Source of the DNA: an uncultured Rivularia sp.
Lineage (GTDB): Bacteria; Cyanobacteriota; Cyanobacteriia; Cyanobacteriales; Nostocaceae
NCBI GenBank assembly: GCA_963665115.1
Contig: OY762007.1
Coordinates: 2,720,001 to 2,784,000, forward strand
Length of the DNA: 64,000 nucleotides
Reading direction: 5' to 3'
Shown here: one piece after another, positions 43,901 to 55,890 of the stretch
How positions within the stretch are numbered: position 1 is the stretch's first letter
Layout: each line of letters starts with the position of its first letter
Translations under genes and position numbers: made by a program
The notes under the pieces: model-generated
Told to the model about the DNA's origin: nothing
What the model saw: the letters and a program-made list of their open reading frames with translations, nothing else
The model's database searches: none

Positions 43901-45235
43901 AAAGATGGCATTATCTATGGAAACACCGATGTTTTCTTGGAAGGAAGACGCTCGGAAGTTCGTACCGAGGAAACCAACTTTGGTAACTTGACTGCTGATG
44001 CAAACTTAGCTGCTGCGAAGAAAGCTGATGAATCAGTAGTAATATCCATCAAAAACGGCGGTGGAATCCGAGCCGAAATCGGTGCAATTGACGGTATCAC
44101 TGGTGAAGAATTACCAACAAGAGCAAACCCCGAAGCTGGTAAAGAAGCTGGAGAAATTTCTCAACTAGATATTGAAAACTCCCTACGCTTTAATAACGAG
44201 TTAACTTTATTAACCGTAACCGCTCAAGAACTACTAGATATCATTGAGCATAGCGTAGCAGATAGCGGAGACGGAAAGACTCCCGGACGTTTCCCTCAAG
44301 TCAGCGGTTTGGAATTTAGCTTCGACGATGATTCAGAAGTTGGCGACAGAGTAGAATCCTTAGCAGTTGTTAACGAAGACGGCGAAATTATCGATGTAGT
44401 TGCTAGAGACGGCGAATTACAAGGTGAAGCCAGCCGTACCTTCCGCATAGTTACCTTAAACTTCCTTGCTGGTGGTGGTGACGGATATCCTTTCCCAACT
44501 GGAGAAAGTGCAAACCGGGTAGATTTAGTCGAAGAAGGTGCAGCACGTACTGGTATGGCTACTGCTGCTGACGACGGTTCAGAACAAGATGCTTTAGCTG
44601 AGTACTTAGCGACAAACTTCTCAACCGAAGCCGATGCCTTTGACATTGCTGATGTTGCACCAGCACAAGATATGCGGATTCAAAATCTCGACTTCCGCGA
44701 AGATACTGTATTAGAAGGATTTAACGATTTAATTGGAGAAATCGAAACTACAACCCTAGCAGACGGAACACAAGTCGAATCTATCGATCTAACTGGCTTA
44801 ACTGGTCAAGCTACAGTAAACTATACCATTAGCAGAGAAGCTGACTTCGACAACGAAGTTTACTTCTACGCAGTTGATAGTATCAACGGTACTGTTGACG
44901 GTATCGCAGTTGGTGAAGAAGGTTACATGGCAGCAGCTTTAGCCAACGTTGTTTCTTCTGAATTCTCTATCGGTGACGATGAGACAGAAACCAGAAGCGC
45001 TCAATTTGATGCAGGTTCTGTAGTCGTTCCTTTAATAATCGCTGATGGTGATTTAGCTGAAGCACTAAGCGGTGCGGCAGAAGTTTATTTCCCATACTTG
45101 GGTGCTAACACAGACAATGGTACCTTTGACCACATCAAGTTGCTTGATAGCAACACCTTCGGTTTTGAAGACTTACCCAACGGTGGTGACGAAGATTTCA
45201 ATGATATTGAAATTAGAATCAATAGCATTGCTTAA
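37998..45235 (+). CDS. Giant multidomain phosphohydrolase (~2,411 aa): N-terminal beta domain, Ig-like, ExeM/NucH-type nuclease, choice-of-anchor I with CHRD insert, 5'-nucleotidase, DUF4114; apparent frameshifts at 38390-38392 and 41721-41725
   Basis: IYQIQG, GFYLQD, YNVLN, GLQEIQD, GDLN, SDHDP; GALPDM/ANEGEP; HFHNAARG...YFNIHTEEFPMGEIRGQ; HASDLE, GDNY, GNHEFD, NGGGIR; GFEDL. Removing two bases gives one continuous ORF. Confidence 0.8.
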
Positions 45236-45258
45236 ATTGGCGAGTTAATATTTACAAC

Positions 45259-45490
45259 TAGTAGTTGATTGCATAAATTCTGAAGGGTTCGTTTTCGACC
45301 TAACGTCGGGAGACGTAGCACTGCTACGTCTCTACAACCCATCAAAACAAATGAAATGAACTACTAGTAGCCCTTTTCATTAGTTTTAAAGGGCTTATTT
45401 TTCTCAAAATTATTTTCTCCCGCTGCTCTCCTGCTTCCTCTGCTCTCCCTGCTTGTCAAAACCCATCAACTTTAATGAAAAGGAGTACTA
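45259..45490. mobile_element. Two TA-joined TIR cassettes (inverted 104-bp type B plus a 122-bp unit)
   Basis: 45261-45364 is the reverse complement of the 104-mer at 25293; 45367-45488 has B-type TIRs with different cargo. Confidence 0.75.
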
Positions 45491-46378
45491 TCTACGCTTC
45501 ACTTCGGTAACTTCGTGCAAAACCCTCTCAGAACGTTTTATCTTTCTTGTTCTCGGACGAGTTAATATACCTTGCGAAGGACTGAATAATAATGCTAATA
45601 AAAATAATCCGCAAATAAATAATACAATTGATGCGCCAGAAGGCACGTTTTGATAATAACTAATATATAAACCGCCAACGCTACCAAAAATACCGATTAC
45701 AGAACCCAAAAGCATCATTTGATGTAGCTCTTTTACTAATAAAAAAGCAGTGACTCCGGGACCAATTAATAAAGAAATTACTAACACTACTCCCACAGCT
45801 TGCATACTAGCAATAATTGTTAATGTAATTGCTGCCGTCAATCCAAACTTAATAACATTAACTGGTAAACCGCTTGCTTGTGCGCCTAATGGGTCAAAAG
45901 TGTAAAATAGCAATTCCTTATAGCAAATTTTAACTAAAAGTAAAGTAACAATTGTAATTATTAAAGTTCTAAAAACATCTTCTGTTGTCACCCCTAAAAT
46001 ATCCCCAAATAAAAAGTGATGCAAATCGACTTTGCTTTTCAGGACGCTAATTAGCATGATACCCAATGCTAAAAAACCCGAAAACACCAAAGCCATCGCA
46101 GCATCAACTTTGACCCGAGACTGGGATTCTATCCAAGCAATTACAAAAGTGCTGAAAGTCCCGCAAACAAACGCACCCAAGAAAATATCAATCCCAAGAT
46201 ATATTGCGATCGCAATTCCGGGTAAAACAGCATGAGCAATTACATCACCCAATATTCCCTGACGCTGTACTATCAGATAAGAACCTACAACAGAGCAAAG
46301 AATACCTAAACTAGCAGCAATCAAAAAGGCATCTCGCATGAATCCAAAACTAAGCGGTTCCAAAAGCAAATTTAACAT
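45488..46378 (-). CDS. znuB: Zn/Mn ABC transporter permease
   Basis: GDVIAHAVLPG, HFLFGDILGV, TFDP; start trimmed to MLNLL. Confidence 0.85.
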   Translation of the reverse strand: MLNLLLEPLSFGFMRDAFLIAASLGILCSVVGSYLIVQRQGILGDVIAHAVLPGIAIAIYLGIDIFLGAFVCGTFSTFVIAWIESQSRVKVDAAMALVFSGFLALGIMLISVLKSKVDLHHFLFGDILGVTTEDVFRTLIITIVTLLLVKICYKELLFYTFDPLGAQASGLPVNVIKFGLTAAITLTIIASMQAVGVVLVISLLIGPGVTAFLLVKELHQMMLLGSVIGIFGSVGGLYISYYQNVPSGASIVLFICGLFLLALLFSPSQGILTRPRTRKIKRSERVLHEVTEVKRR

Positions 46379-46484
46379 TATTGGTACGTAGTTGCGCTTT
46401 AGCGCCAAAAATCTTGAATAATAACTAATAACTGATGAACCACACCCTTTGGGTGAAAATTGATAACTGATAACTGATAACTGA

Positions 46485-47219
46485 TTAAGCCGACTTTGAT
46501 TCTCTATTCAAAAATAAAATATTATTGCCATAAGCACGCTGTAAATTTTCCGTTGTAACAACTTCTTTCATACAACCATCAGCGATAATATGTTTGTTTA
46601 ACAAGAATAAAGAATCACATTGAGCTAAAGTTTCACCTAAATCGTGAGTAATTAAAAATAATATTTTGCCATCCCTTCTTAATTCATTAAAAATATCAAA
46701 CATTATATCTTCAGTCGTTTTATCAATCCCCACAAACGGTTCATCAAAAAATAATAAATCAGCTTGCTGTGCTAGCGCTCTAGCTAAAAATACCCGTTGC
46801 TGCTGTCCTCCGGATAACTCACCGATTTGACGGGAACGAAATTCCCACATCCCCACTCTATGCAATGCAGATTTAACTATTTCTTTAGACTTCCGATTTG
46901 GCTTGCGAAACCAACCCGTACTAACAGTACGAGCCATCATCACCACATTCTGCACCGTAATTGGATAATCCCAATCTACTTGAGTTCTTTGAGGTACGTA
47001 AGCAATGGAGCGCAATCGCTTGTGGATGGGACAGTTACAAAATTTAATAGTGCCATGTGAAACCGGAATTAAACCGAGTATCGCTTTAACCAAAGTGCTT
47101 TTACCAGCCCCATTTGGACCGATTACACCAACCATCTGTCCGGGGAAAACGCGAAAGCTGACATCCTCAACAGCCACTACACCCCGGTAATCTACATCCA
47201 AATGTTCTACTTCTAGCAC
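46485..47219 (-). CDS. znuC: Zn/Mn ABC transporter ATP-binding protein
   Basis: [29 protein letters not shown]. Confidence 0.85.
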   Translation of the reverse strand: MLEVEHLDVDYRGVVAVEDVSFRVFPGQMVGVIGPNGAGKSTLVKAILGLIPVSHGTIKFCNCPIHKRLRSIAYVPQRTQVDWDYPITVQNVVMMARTVSTGWFRKPNRKSKEIVKSALHRVGMWEFRSRQIGELSGGQQQRVFLARALAQQADLLFFDEPFVGIDKTTEDIMFDIFNELRRDGKILFLITHDLGETLAQCDSLFLLNKHIIADGCMKEVVTTENLQRAYGNNILFLNRESKSA

Positions 47220-47233
47220 TAATTTCTCCTGTA

Positions 47234-47248
47234 TGATAATGATTATTA
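47234..47248. promoter_or_regulatory. Zur box (znuC side)
   Basis: TGATAATGATTATTA. Confidence 0.75.
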
Positions 47249-47291
47249 TTTATGTCAAAATTCTACTTCCCTTCCCGCAGTAGCTACTGTA

Positions 47292-47306
47292 TGATAACGA
47301 TTATCA
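47292..47306. promoter_or_regulatory. Zur box (znuA side)
   Basis: TGATAACGATTATCA. Confidence 0.85.
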
Positions 47307-47332
47307 TTTTACTGCAATATTCCTAATAACTG

Positions 47333-48400
47333 ATGTTTAGAAAACTACCTCTAAGCGCGATTACAGCATTAACATTAGCTCTTGGTTTAATTAGCTGTAG
47401 TGGTAACGAGCAAGTCAATTCCAATTCTGGTACAGAAGAAAATTCTGCCGTAAATACTAGCAGTACTGTAACGGGGGAGCGTCCTTTGGTTGTTGCGACT
47501 ACAAGCATCATATGTGACCTCACAAAACAAGTAGCGGCTGAAACTGTTGACTTGAAGTGTTTAGTAGATCCAGGTCAAGACCCCCACACATATCAGCCCA
47601 AACCAGATGACCGCAAAGCAATCGAGCAGGCTAATTTAGTTTTATACGGTGGTTATGATTTTGAACCCAGTATTATTAAGTTAGTTGAAGCAAGCAGTAA
47701 TGAAGCTCCGAAAGTAGCGATTCATGAAGTTGCTGTTCCGAAGCCAATTATTGGAGAAGAACATGACCACGGTCATTCCGGACATAAGGGAGAAAAGCAC
47801 GACGACCACGACCACGAGAAAGAAGAAAAACACTCAGAAGAAAAAGCACCAGACCCCCATGTATGGCATAATCCTCAAAATGGGGTGCAAATGGTCGAAG
47901 CTATTCGTAGTAATTTAGAAAAAGTTGCTCCAGATAACGCTCAATTGTATGCAACCAATGCCGAGAAAATCACTGGGGAAATTAAAGAAATAGATAGCTG
48001 GATTAAAAAGAATGTAGCTACTATTCCTGAAAATCAACGTAAATTAGTCACCACTCACGACGCTTTAAGCTACTATACCCAGGCATATAATATTGACTAC
48101 GAGGGTGCAATTGAAGGTTTGAGTACTGAAGTACAACCAACAGCAGCAAGAATAGGTGAACTTTCAAAAGAAATTAAGCAAGAGAACGTACCGACAATTT
48201 TTGCTGAAAGTACTCATAGTCCAAAAATAATTGAAAGAGTTGCTCAAGAAGCGAACGTAAAAGTTTCTCCAGAAAAACTATATGCTGATGGCTTAGGTGA
48301 ACAAGGTACTGATGCTGATAGTTATCAGAAAATGTTAGTTGCTAATACTAAAGCTATTGTGGATGGTTTGGGAGGTCAATATACAGCTTTCCAAAAATGA
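47333..48400 (+). CDS. znuA: Zinc ABC transporter substrate-binding lipoprotein
   Basis: Lipobox LISC, DPHTYQP, His-rich loop HDHGHSGH...HDDHDHE, DPHVWH, THDA. Confidence 0.9.
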   Translation: MFRKLPLSAITALTLALGLISCSGNEQVNSNSGTEENSAVNTSSTVTGERPLVVATTSIICDLTKQVAAETVDLKCLVDPGQDPHTYQPKPDDRKAIEQANLVLYGGYDFEPSIIKLVEASSNEAPKVAIHEVAVPKPIIGEEHDHGHSGHKGEKHDDHDHEKEEKHSEEKAPDPHVWHNPQNGVQMVEAIRSNLEKVAPDNAQLYATNAEKITGEIKEIDSWIKKNVATIPENQRKLVTTHDALSYYTQAYNIDYEGAIEGLSTEVQPTAARIGELSKEIKQENVPTIFAESTHSPKIIERVAQEANVKVSPEKLYADGLGEQGTDADSYQKMLVANTKAIVDGLGGQYTAFQK

Positions 48401-48730
48401 TAATTCATGCGTTTAGGGTCAAGTAATTAATAAATAATCAATCTGATTCCCTTGCAGGTTGCAGTATTTAGTACCTCAATCAGACCTTTTGTCGAAAAAC
48501 TAGGTTTTTTTAGAATGCATCAAACTGAAAATTTTGGCGATTAGTTAAGTTGTTTGTGAAGAAATCTAGAAATCTGGTTGATTATTTATTAGGTTTGGGT
48601 GTACTCCAGTTTTATTATGAATTAATAGTTAATCAATATCAGGGTCAAAATAGGTGGTGTAGGCATCTCTCACCATCTGCATTTATTCGCATATCTGTAT
48701 TCTAAATTTAAGTGTGAGGAGAGAATAATC

Positions 48731-50290
48731 ATGAAGAAAGGCTTGTGGAAGTTTCTACTAGTTAGTCCCGTTGTGTTTGCAACATCATTATTAATTAATG
48801 ACAGCGCTGTTGCACAAACTCAAACCCAAGAAGAAACCTTAGAACAAGTTACTTCTGTTTCTCAGTTTTCTGATGTACAGCCTACAGATTGGGCATTTCA
48901 AGCATTACAGTCTTTAGTAGAGCGTTACGGTTGTATCGCAGGTTATCCAAATGGAACTTACCGAGGAAATCGGGCTTTAACTCGTTATGAATTTGCTGCT
49001 GGTTTGAATGCTTGTTTGAATAGAGTCAATGAGTTGATTGCAAGCGCAACCGCAGACCTAGTTACTAAAGAAGACCTTGCAACCCTACAAAGGCTACAAT
49101 CAGAATTTTCTGCGGAATTAGCAACTCTTAGAGGAAGAGTAGATGCAGTAGAAGCACGTACTGCTGAATTAGAAGCAAATCAATTCTCTACAACTTCTAA
49201 ACTCGAAGGTGAAGTAGTCGTGGGGATTACAGATGTATTTGAAGGAGATACAAACGACGACAATACTACATTGGGTGCAAGAGCGAGAATCAACTTTGCT
49301 ACCAGCTTTACGGGAAAAGACACCCTATACACCAGACTGCAAAGCAATAATATAGTTGGTCCCGATATTGGTACACCTGAAGGAAGTTTAGCCTTTGCTG
49401 GTGAGAGCGGAGATAATGACGTTGAACTAGATGCACTTTGGTACGCTTTTCCTTTAACTGAGAGTACTAACGTCATCGCGATCGCAAATGCAGGTGCAGC
49501 AGATGATGTTGTAGATACAGTAAACTTATTTGATGGTGATGGAACTGAAGGAGCTTTATCTAGCTTTGGTACTCGTAACCCCATCTACGGAGCAATGGAT
49601 GGTGCTGGTTTAGGAGTTACCCAAGAGTTCGGCAAGAATCTATCTTTGAGCTTGGCTTATTTAGCCGGTTCTGCAAGCGACCCAACTCAAGATAATGGTT
49701 TATTCAACGGTTCCTACGGTGCATTAGCACAGTTGACCTTTGCACCAAGCGAACGCTTTAAGGTTGGTTTAACCTACATCAATTCCTACAATCAGTTCAA
49801 TGGTTCTGGTAGTAGCGCTTCTAACTTCAATACAGTTTCACCATTGGATAATATATCTACCCTCGCAGATACTCCTTTTAGTGCCGATTCCTATGGTATC
49901 CAAGCATCATTAGGAATCAGTAAAAACCTGGTATTAGGTGGTTGGGCTGGTTATACTAATGCTCGTAATTTAAGTACATCCGCAGCTTTCCCAGACCGTG
50001 GAGAAGCTGAGATATGGAACTGGGCTGTAACTTTAGGATTACCCGATTTTGGTAAGAAAGGTAACTTAGCTGGGATTATCTTCGGTGTGGAACCCAGACT
50101 TACTAGTTCTAGTATTGATGGTTTGAATGAAGATCCAGATACTTCTTATCACATTGAAGCATTTTATCAATACCAGATTAACGACAATATCGCCGTTACC
50201 CCCGGTGTGATTTGGTTAACTGCACCAGACCACAACGAAAATAATGATGATGTAGTAATTGGTACTTTCAGAACTACTTTTACTTTCTAG
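48731..50290 (+). CDS. Cyanobacterial SLH-OprB-type outer membrane porin
   Basis: QVTSVSQFSDVQPTDWA SLH domain, NQFSTT, terminal RTTFTF. Confidence 0.93.
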   Translation: MKKGLWKFLLVSPVVFATSLLINDSAVAQTQTQEETLEQVTSVSQFSDVQPTDWAFQALQSLVERYGCIAGYPNGTYRGNRALTRYEFAAGLNACLNRVNELIASATADLVTKEDLATLQRLQSEFSAELATLRGRVDAVEARTAELEANQFSTTSKLEGEVVVGITDVFEGDTNDDNTTLGARARINFATSFTGKDTLYTRLQSNNIVGPDIGTPEGSLAFAGESGDNDVELDALWYAFPLTESTNVIAIANAGAADDVVDTVNLFDGDGTEGALSSFGTRNPIYGAMDGAGLGVTQEFGKNLSLSLAYLAGSASDPTQDNGLFNGSYGALAQLTFAPSERFKVGLTYINSYNQFNGSGSSASNFNTVSPLDNISTLADTPFSADSYGIQASLGISKNLVLGGWAGYTNARNLSTSAAFPDRGEAEIWNWAVTLGLPDFGKKGNLAGIIFGVEPRLTSSSIDGLNEDPDTSYHIEAFYQYQINDNIAVTPGVIWLTAPDHNENNDDVVIGTFRTTFTF

Positions 50291-50331
50291 GAATTAGTCT
50301 TCCATTCTCGATTAGCAAAGTAATATACGTT

Positions 50332-50382
50332 GCGGTGCTGTATGGAATGCTTTTGTATTCCATACTCACCGCTTACTTTTTT
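50332..50382 (+). terminator. Terminator after the porin gene
   Basis: gcggtg..gtatggaatgc-tttt-gtattccatac..caccgc hairpin plus T-run. Confidence 0.7.
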
Positions 50383-50392
50383 GTTCTATTTA

Positions 50393-50601
50393 TTGGCGTT
50401 GCTGTTAGCGTTCACGCAGAGCGTGCGGCTCAGCCGTTAGCCATATAAAAATATGAATAGCCCCCCAGCCCCCAATTATGGGGGAGAAATGTATTTCAAA
50501 GTCCCCCATTAACCCCAGCATTGGGGGTCACGGGGGCAGGGGATTTAGGGGGCACAATGCCCGATAGTAAATAAATTCATATCGCCATGAGGCAACGTCT
50601 A
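50393..50601. mobile_element. MITE with GGCGTTGC...GCAACG ends and CCCCC/GGGGG hairpins; a second copy starts at ~63916
   Basis: Both copies share ttggcgttgctg...tatga...cccccaatt.tgggggag...ttcaaagtccccca. Confidence 0.7.
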
Positions 50602-50695
50602 TTTATTAATTCTTGGTTTCCAATGACATTTCAAACACTTTCTCGAAATTACATTACATCAAAAACTAAAAAATTTTCTCCAAAAACAACTATGA

Positions 50696-51745
<1,050 letters not shown>

Positions 51746-51978
51746 TTAGTACAGAATGAAATTCATTCTCAAGCTAAAAATTGTTTACTATAATTAAAAT
51801 AGCGTTAATAATTATTGCTCGTTAAATAGTTAGTTGAAAGACTGTAAATATACCCTGTAATTAGATTTTATTTGTGTAATTTATGAGGTGATATTTTACT
51901 GCGTCTATAATCGCAAATATCAGCTAATAACTAATAAGTAATAATTATTATTAACTAAAAAGCAATGAAATAAAAAAA

Positions 51979-52629
51979 ATGACTTTATCTTTTCGTCCCG
52001 AATTAAATTCTGCCGAGGAAGTTGTTTCATCTTTGTCTACACAAAATAAACCAAAGATTACGGATGAAGAAATGATGCAAGCCGTGAGAACTTTACTACT
52101 TGGATTAGGAGAAGATCCAGATAGAGAAGGACTTAAAGATACTCCTAAAAGAGTTGTGAAAGCCTTACAGTTTTTGACCAAAGGATACCATGAATCTTTG
52201 GACGAACTGTTAAATGGTGCAGTATTTACAGAAGATGCCAATGAAATGGTATTGATTCGAGACATTGATATTTTTAGTTCCTGCGAACATCATATTTTAC
52301 CAATCCTTGGTCGCGCTCATGTAGCTTATATTCCTAATGGTAAAGTCATTGGATTGTCAAAAATTGCCCGCATTTGTGAAATGTATGGAAGACGTTTACA
52401 AGTACAGGAAAGATTGACTTTACAAATTGCTGAAGCACTCGAAGGTTTACTCAAACCTCAAGGTGTGGCAGTAGTTGTAGAAGCAAGTCATATGTGTATG
52501 GTAATGCGTGGCGTACAAAAACCTGGTTCTTGGACTGTAACTAGTGCAATGCGTGGTGTATTTGCAGAAGATGCCAAAACTCGCGAGGAGTTTATGAATT
52601 TGATTCGACACAAGGCTAATTTTCATTAA
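51979..52629 (+). CDS. folE: GTP cyclohydrolase I
   Basis: [37 protein letters not shown]; degenerate Zur-like box TAATAATTATTATTA at 51939-51953. Confidence 0.96.
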   Translation: MTLSFRPELNSAEEVVSSLSTQNKPKITDEEMMQAVRTLLLGLGEDPDREGLKDTPKRVVKALQFLTKGYHESLDELLNGAVFTEDANEMVLIRDIDIFSSCEHHILPILGRAHVAYIPNGKVIGLSKIARICEMYGRRLQVQERLTLQIAEALEGLLKPQGVAVVVEASHMCMVMRGVQKPGSWTVTSAMRGVFAEDAKTREEFMNLIRHKANFH

Positions 52630-52645
52630 TTAATAGCTTGAATAG

Positions 52646-52677
52646 AGGCAATGGTAAACAAAACTTCACCATTGCCT
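52646..52677 (+). terminator. Hairpin after folE
   Basis: aggcaatggt...accattgcct; no strong U-tract. Confidence 0.5.
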
Positions 52678-52709
52678 GCTAGCTATAAATTTAATATTTC
52701 CAAAATAAC

Positions 52710-52724
52710 TGAAAACGATTATCA
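52710..52724 (+). promoter_or_regulatory. Zur box
   Basis: TGAAAACGATTATCA. Confidence 0.7.
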
Positions 52725-52785
52725 TTCACATATAGTTTATACTTAGAGTTAATAATTTCCCATCTATCTATCACTGATAACTGAA

Positions 52786-53562
52786 ATGGCTGTACCTTTA
52801 ATTAATGTTGTGGCAGGATGTGCGGGTTCGGGAAAGACTGCTTGGATTCATCAGCAAATCCAAGATACAACTGTCGAAGATAAAGATATTATTTATTTCA
52901 GTCCCGGTACTGGTAATGTTTCTATAGATAAAAACCGAATTGCAGCCGATTTTCCCCAAATACAAGTTTTTAGTGACAATCAAGAAGCTGATTTACTCAA
53001 GCAATTACCCGAAGCGAAAGCGGTTTATATCGAGTTGGGTTTTTATTTGCACTTGAGCAGTTTATCAGCATTATTAAATAATTTACCTTACCATCCTGTA
53101 GCTGTATTACCACCACATCTCAAAGATTCTGAATATCATGTTTGGGCTGATGAAATTATTCCAGGAGTTCAAGCAGAAACTAATTCATCTAAACATTTAT
53201 GGAGAGTTGTAACTGATACTCAAGTTATTGATGAAGATTCCTTAGAAGAGTTTTGGTATGAATTAACTCACGGTGCTTATGGTAAAGTTACTCGTGCTAA
53301 AGCAATTTTTGACGTTAATGATGGTAGAAGCATTTACTGTGATTTCGTTGCGGGTGTACCTCAAGCAGGTTTTTTGGAACTAAATTTACCTCGTTATTTA
53401 GAAGGTAGACCACAACGTTTTAGCGGTATTGAAGTAGCGGGAGAAAATTTGGATGAAACTGCTCTCAAACAAACTTTATCTGATTGTTTTTTACCAGATT
53501 CATTAATTAAACAGTACCAGCAAGAAGTTAAACAGATGTTATTAGAAGGAATGTCGGTATGA
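52786..53562 (+). CDS. Degenerate G3E/CobW(COG0523)-like P-loop protein
   Basis: VAGCAGSGKT Walker A; CobW_C-like YGKVTRAKAIF; no CxCC motif. Confidence 0.65.
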   Translation: MAVPLINVVAGCAGSGKTAWIHQQIQDTTVEDKDIIYFSPGTGNVSIDKNRIAADFPQIQVFSDNQEADLLKQLPEAKAVYIELGFYLHLSSLSALLNNLPYHPVAVLPPHLKDSEYHVWADEIIPGVQAETNSSKHLWRVVTDTQVIDEDSLEEFWYELTHGAYGKVTRAKAIFDVNDGRSIYCDFVAGVPQAGFLELNLPRYLEGRPQRFSGIEVAGENLDETALKQTLSDCFLPDSLIKQYQQEVKQMLLEGMSV

Positions 53563-54369
53563 AAATAGCAGTTATGTCATGTATTCACGGTAATATAGAG
53601 GCTTTGGATGCTGTTTTATTGGATATAGATAAATACAAAGCTGAAAAAATATTTTGTTTGGGTGATTTAGTTGGGTACGGTCCTTATCCTAATCAAGTAG
53701 TTGAAAAAATTCGTTCTTTAAATATTACTACTTGTGCTGGTTGTTGGGATGAAGACGTGGTTGAAGGTCTAAATGCTTGCGATTGTAGTTATCCTTCGAT
53801 GTTAGCAGAACAACGCGGTCTTATCGCTCATGAATGGACTAATAAACAGATAAAACCAGAAAATCGCGACTTTTTAGCTCAATTACCTCATATTATCAAA
53901 GAAGATAACTTGGCTTTTGTTCACGGTAGTCCCCACAGTAACCACGAATATTTATTACCAGAACTCGATGCATTTGTAGCATTAGAAAGAGTGATTTCAT
54001 CAGGTGCAGATGTGCTTTTTTGCGGTCATACTCACGCCCCTTATTACCGTAATTTAGATTCAGGTAAACTAAAAATTCGAGTGGAAAGCAAAGATTTATC
54101 TGAAGAAAAAAGTTTTACAGCTAACTTGAAAAAGATTATTAATGCGGGTTCGGTAGGAGAACCAAGACATGGACGACCCCAATGCAACTTATGTAATTTA
54201 TGACACTGACACTCAAGAAGTGATATTACGAGAAGTTACTTACGATTATCAAAAAACCTGTACAGCAATCGTAGAAAAAGGATTACCACCCATCTTTGCA
54301 TGGCGTTTAGCGCGGGGAATAGAGTTTGCAGAACGCGCAGACGATCCAACTCATGTTTGTACTAAGTAG
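53559..54369 (+). CDS. Metallophosphoesterase family protein; one apparent frameshift (54177-54180)
   Basis: SCIHGN, LGDLVGYGP, VHGSP, CGHTH, NAGSVGEPRHGRPNATY after removing one C (269 aa); ATGA overlap with the upstream gene. Confidence 0.85.
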
Positions 54370-54484
54370 GGAATTGGGCATGGGGCATGGGGCATTGGGC
54401 ATGGGGCATTGTTGGGTTATGTCCTCCGGACATACTGGGAAGACGGTTCCTCAACCCAACCTACTAACTTCATGTTTTGATTGC

Positions 54485-54811
54485 TCAGCCTTTTGGATTA
54501 GGACCATATTTATTACTTCCTGGTTGGCTGTCGATGCAGAGAATCACAAAATTCACGATTGGAAAGAAAATCCACCAACCACTATGTCCTGTATCGTGCA
54601 TTCTACGAACAGAAACCGCAAAAGTTGGGATGATTGTCGCCAATGTATAAAAAGTATTTAGGATTTCGACGTCATTCCCTATAATCTGGTCTATGACAGA
54701 GAATACAACGGCAAAAATAACGTCAAATAGGGTAAACATCCAGTACGCCTTTCTTCGGGATCTACCGCTAAATACCCCATAGTTCTTAAGGGCATCAATG
54801 TACCATTTCAT
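54485..54811 (-). CDS. DUF805 family inner membrane protein
   Basis: FSGRSRRKAYW, VRRMHDTGHSGWW, NKYGPNP. Confidence 0.9.
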   Translation of the reverse strand: MKWYIDALKNYGVFSGRSRRKAYWMFTLFDVIFAVVFSVIDQIIGNDVEILNTFYTLATIIPTFAVSVRRMHDTGHSGWWIFFPIVNFVILCIDSQPGSNKYGPNPKG

Positions 54812-55146
54812 AGTTCTTCTCCAAAATCACAATTTTTGTTGATTTGTTAAGCAATCATCGCAACTCGATCTATATTACTTATTTCTTTTTGATAATATTA
54901 GTATATTAATTGACAAATTATTGAAAATAAATGAGGTACGACCTCGTATATAAAAATCCTTGTCTTATAGGCATACTTGGTCGTCTAAATATATCACTAT
55001 AGCAGTAGGTTGGGTTGAACGTTAGCGAAGCGTGTCCGTAAGGACATAGTGAAAAAAAACAAACACTCTGTTGGGTTTCGTTCCTCAACCCAACCTACGA
55101 ACTAACTATCTACTATCCACTAACAACTAACAACTAACTCATCATT

Positions 55147-55890
55147 ATGAAGTGGGCAATTTTAAGCGGTATTGAAGGTAATTTGGCAGCTTATGAAGCG
55201 GTGATGGCGGATATTAAACGTCAAAGTCGTTATATAGAAGCTTTATATATTCTAGGAGATGTGGTGGGACCAACTCCGGAGTCTGAGAAGCTGGTGGAAC
55301 GTTTGCTTCAGCCACAGTCTGGGTTAACACCACTCGTTTGTAAGGGATGGTGGGAGGAGCAATGTTTGATATTGCATGGTTTGTCTGCAAGTTCAGACGA
55401 GAACGATTTATTGGAAAAATTTGGTGGTGAGACAGTAAAATTACTATGGGATAATGTTTCTCGTCATACCGTGGAGTGGATACGAAATCTTGATTTTGGT
55501 TTCTTTGAGTTGGATTGTTTATTAATTCACGGTACAACTGTATCTGTGGATGAAGCACTAACTCCGGAAAGTTCTCCAGTTATTATGTTAGACCGGGTAG
55601 CACGTATGCAAGCCAATAATTTATTTTGCGCTCGTTCTGGTTCGACTTTTCAATATAATTTAGAAGCTGGTTCGATTGATACGGGAATAACTACCCTTGA
55701 TAATCAAACACCAAGTAAAACTATCAACGTCAGTCCACGTATGGTTGTAGGTGTGGGGAATGTGGGTAGAAAAACAGGAGAAGCAACCTATACTCTCTAC
55801 AACCCGAATAATAATCAAGTGGAATTTAAGACTGTTCGCTATGGGGTAAGTAAGGGGTTTGGAGTCAAGAAAACAACTGTTGGTTCTTGA
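55147..55890 (+). CDS. Metallophosphoesterase-like protein with degenerate active site
   Basis: SGIEGN, LGDVVGP, GWWEE, LIHG, CARS, VGNVG. Confidence 0.8.
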   Translation: MKWAILSGIEGNLAAYEAVMADIKRQSRYIEALYILGDVVGPTPESEKLVERLLQPQSGLTPLVCKGWWEEQCLILHGLSASSDENDLLEKFGGETVKLLWDNVSRHTVEWIRNLDFGFFELDCLLIHGTTVSVDEALTPESSPVIMLDRVARMQANNLFCARSGSTFQYNLEAGSIDTGITTLDNQTPSKTINVSPRMVVGVGNVGRKTGEATYTLYNPNNNQVEFKTVRYGVSKGFGVKKTTVGS

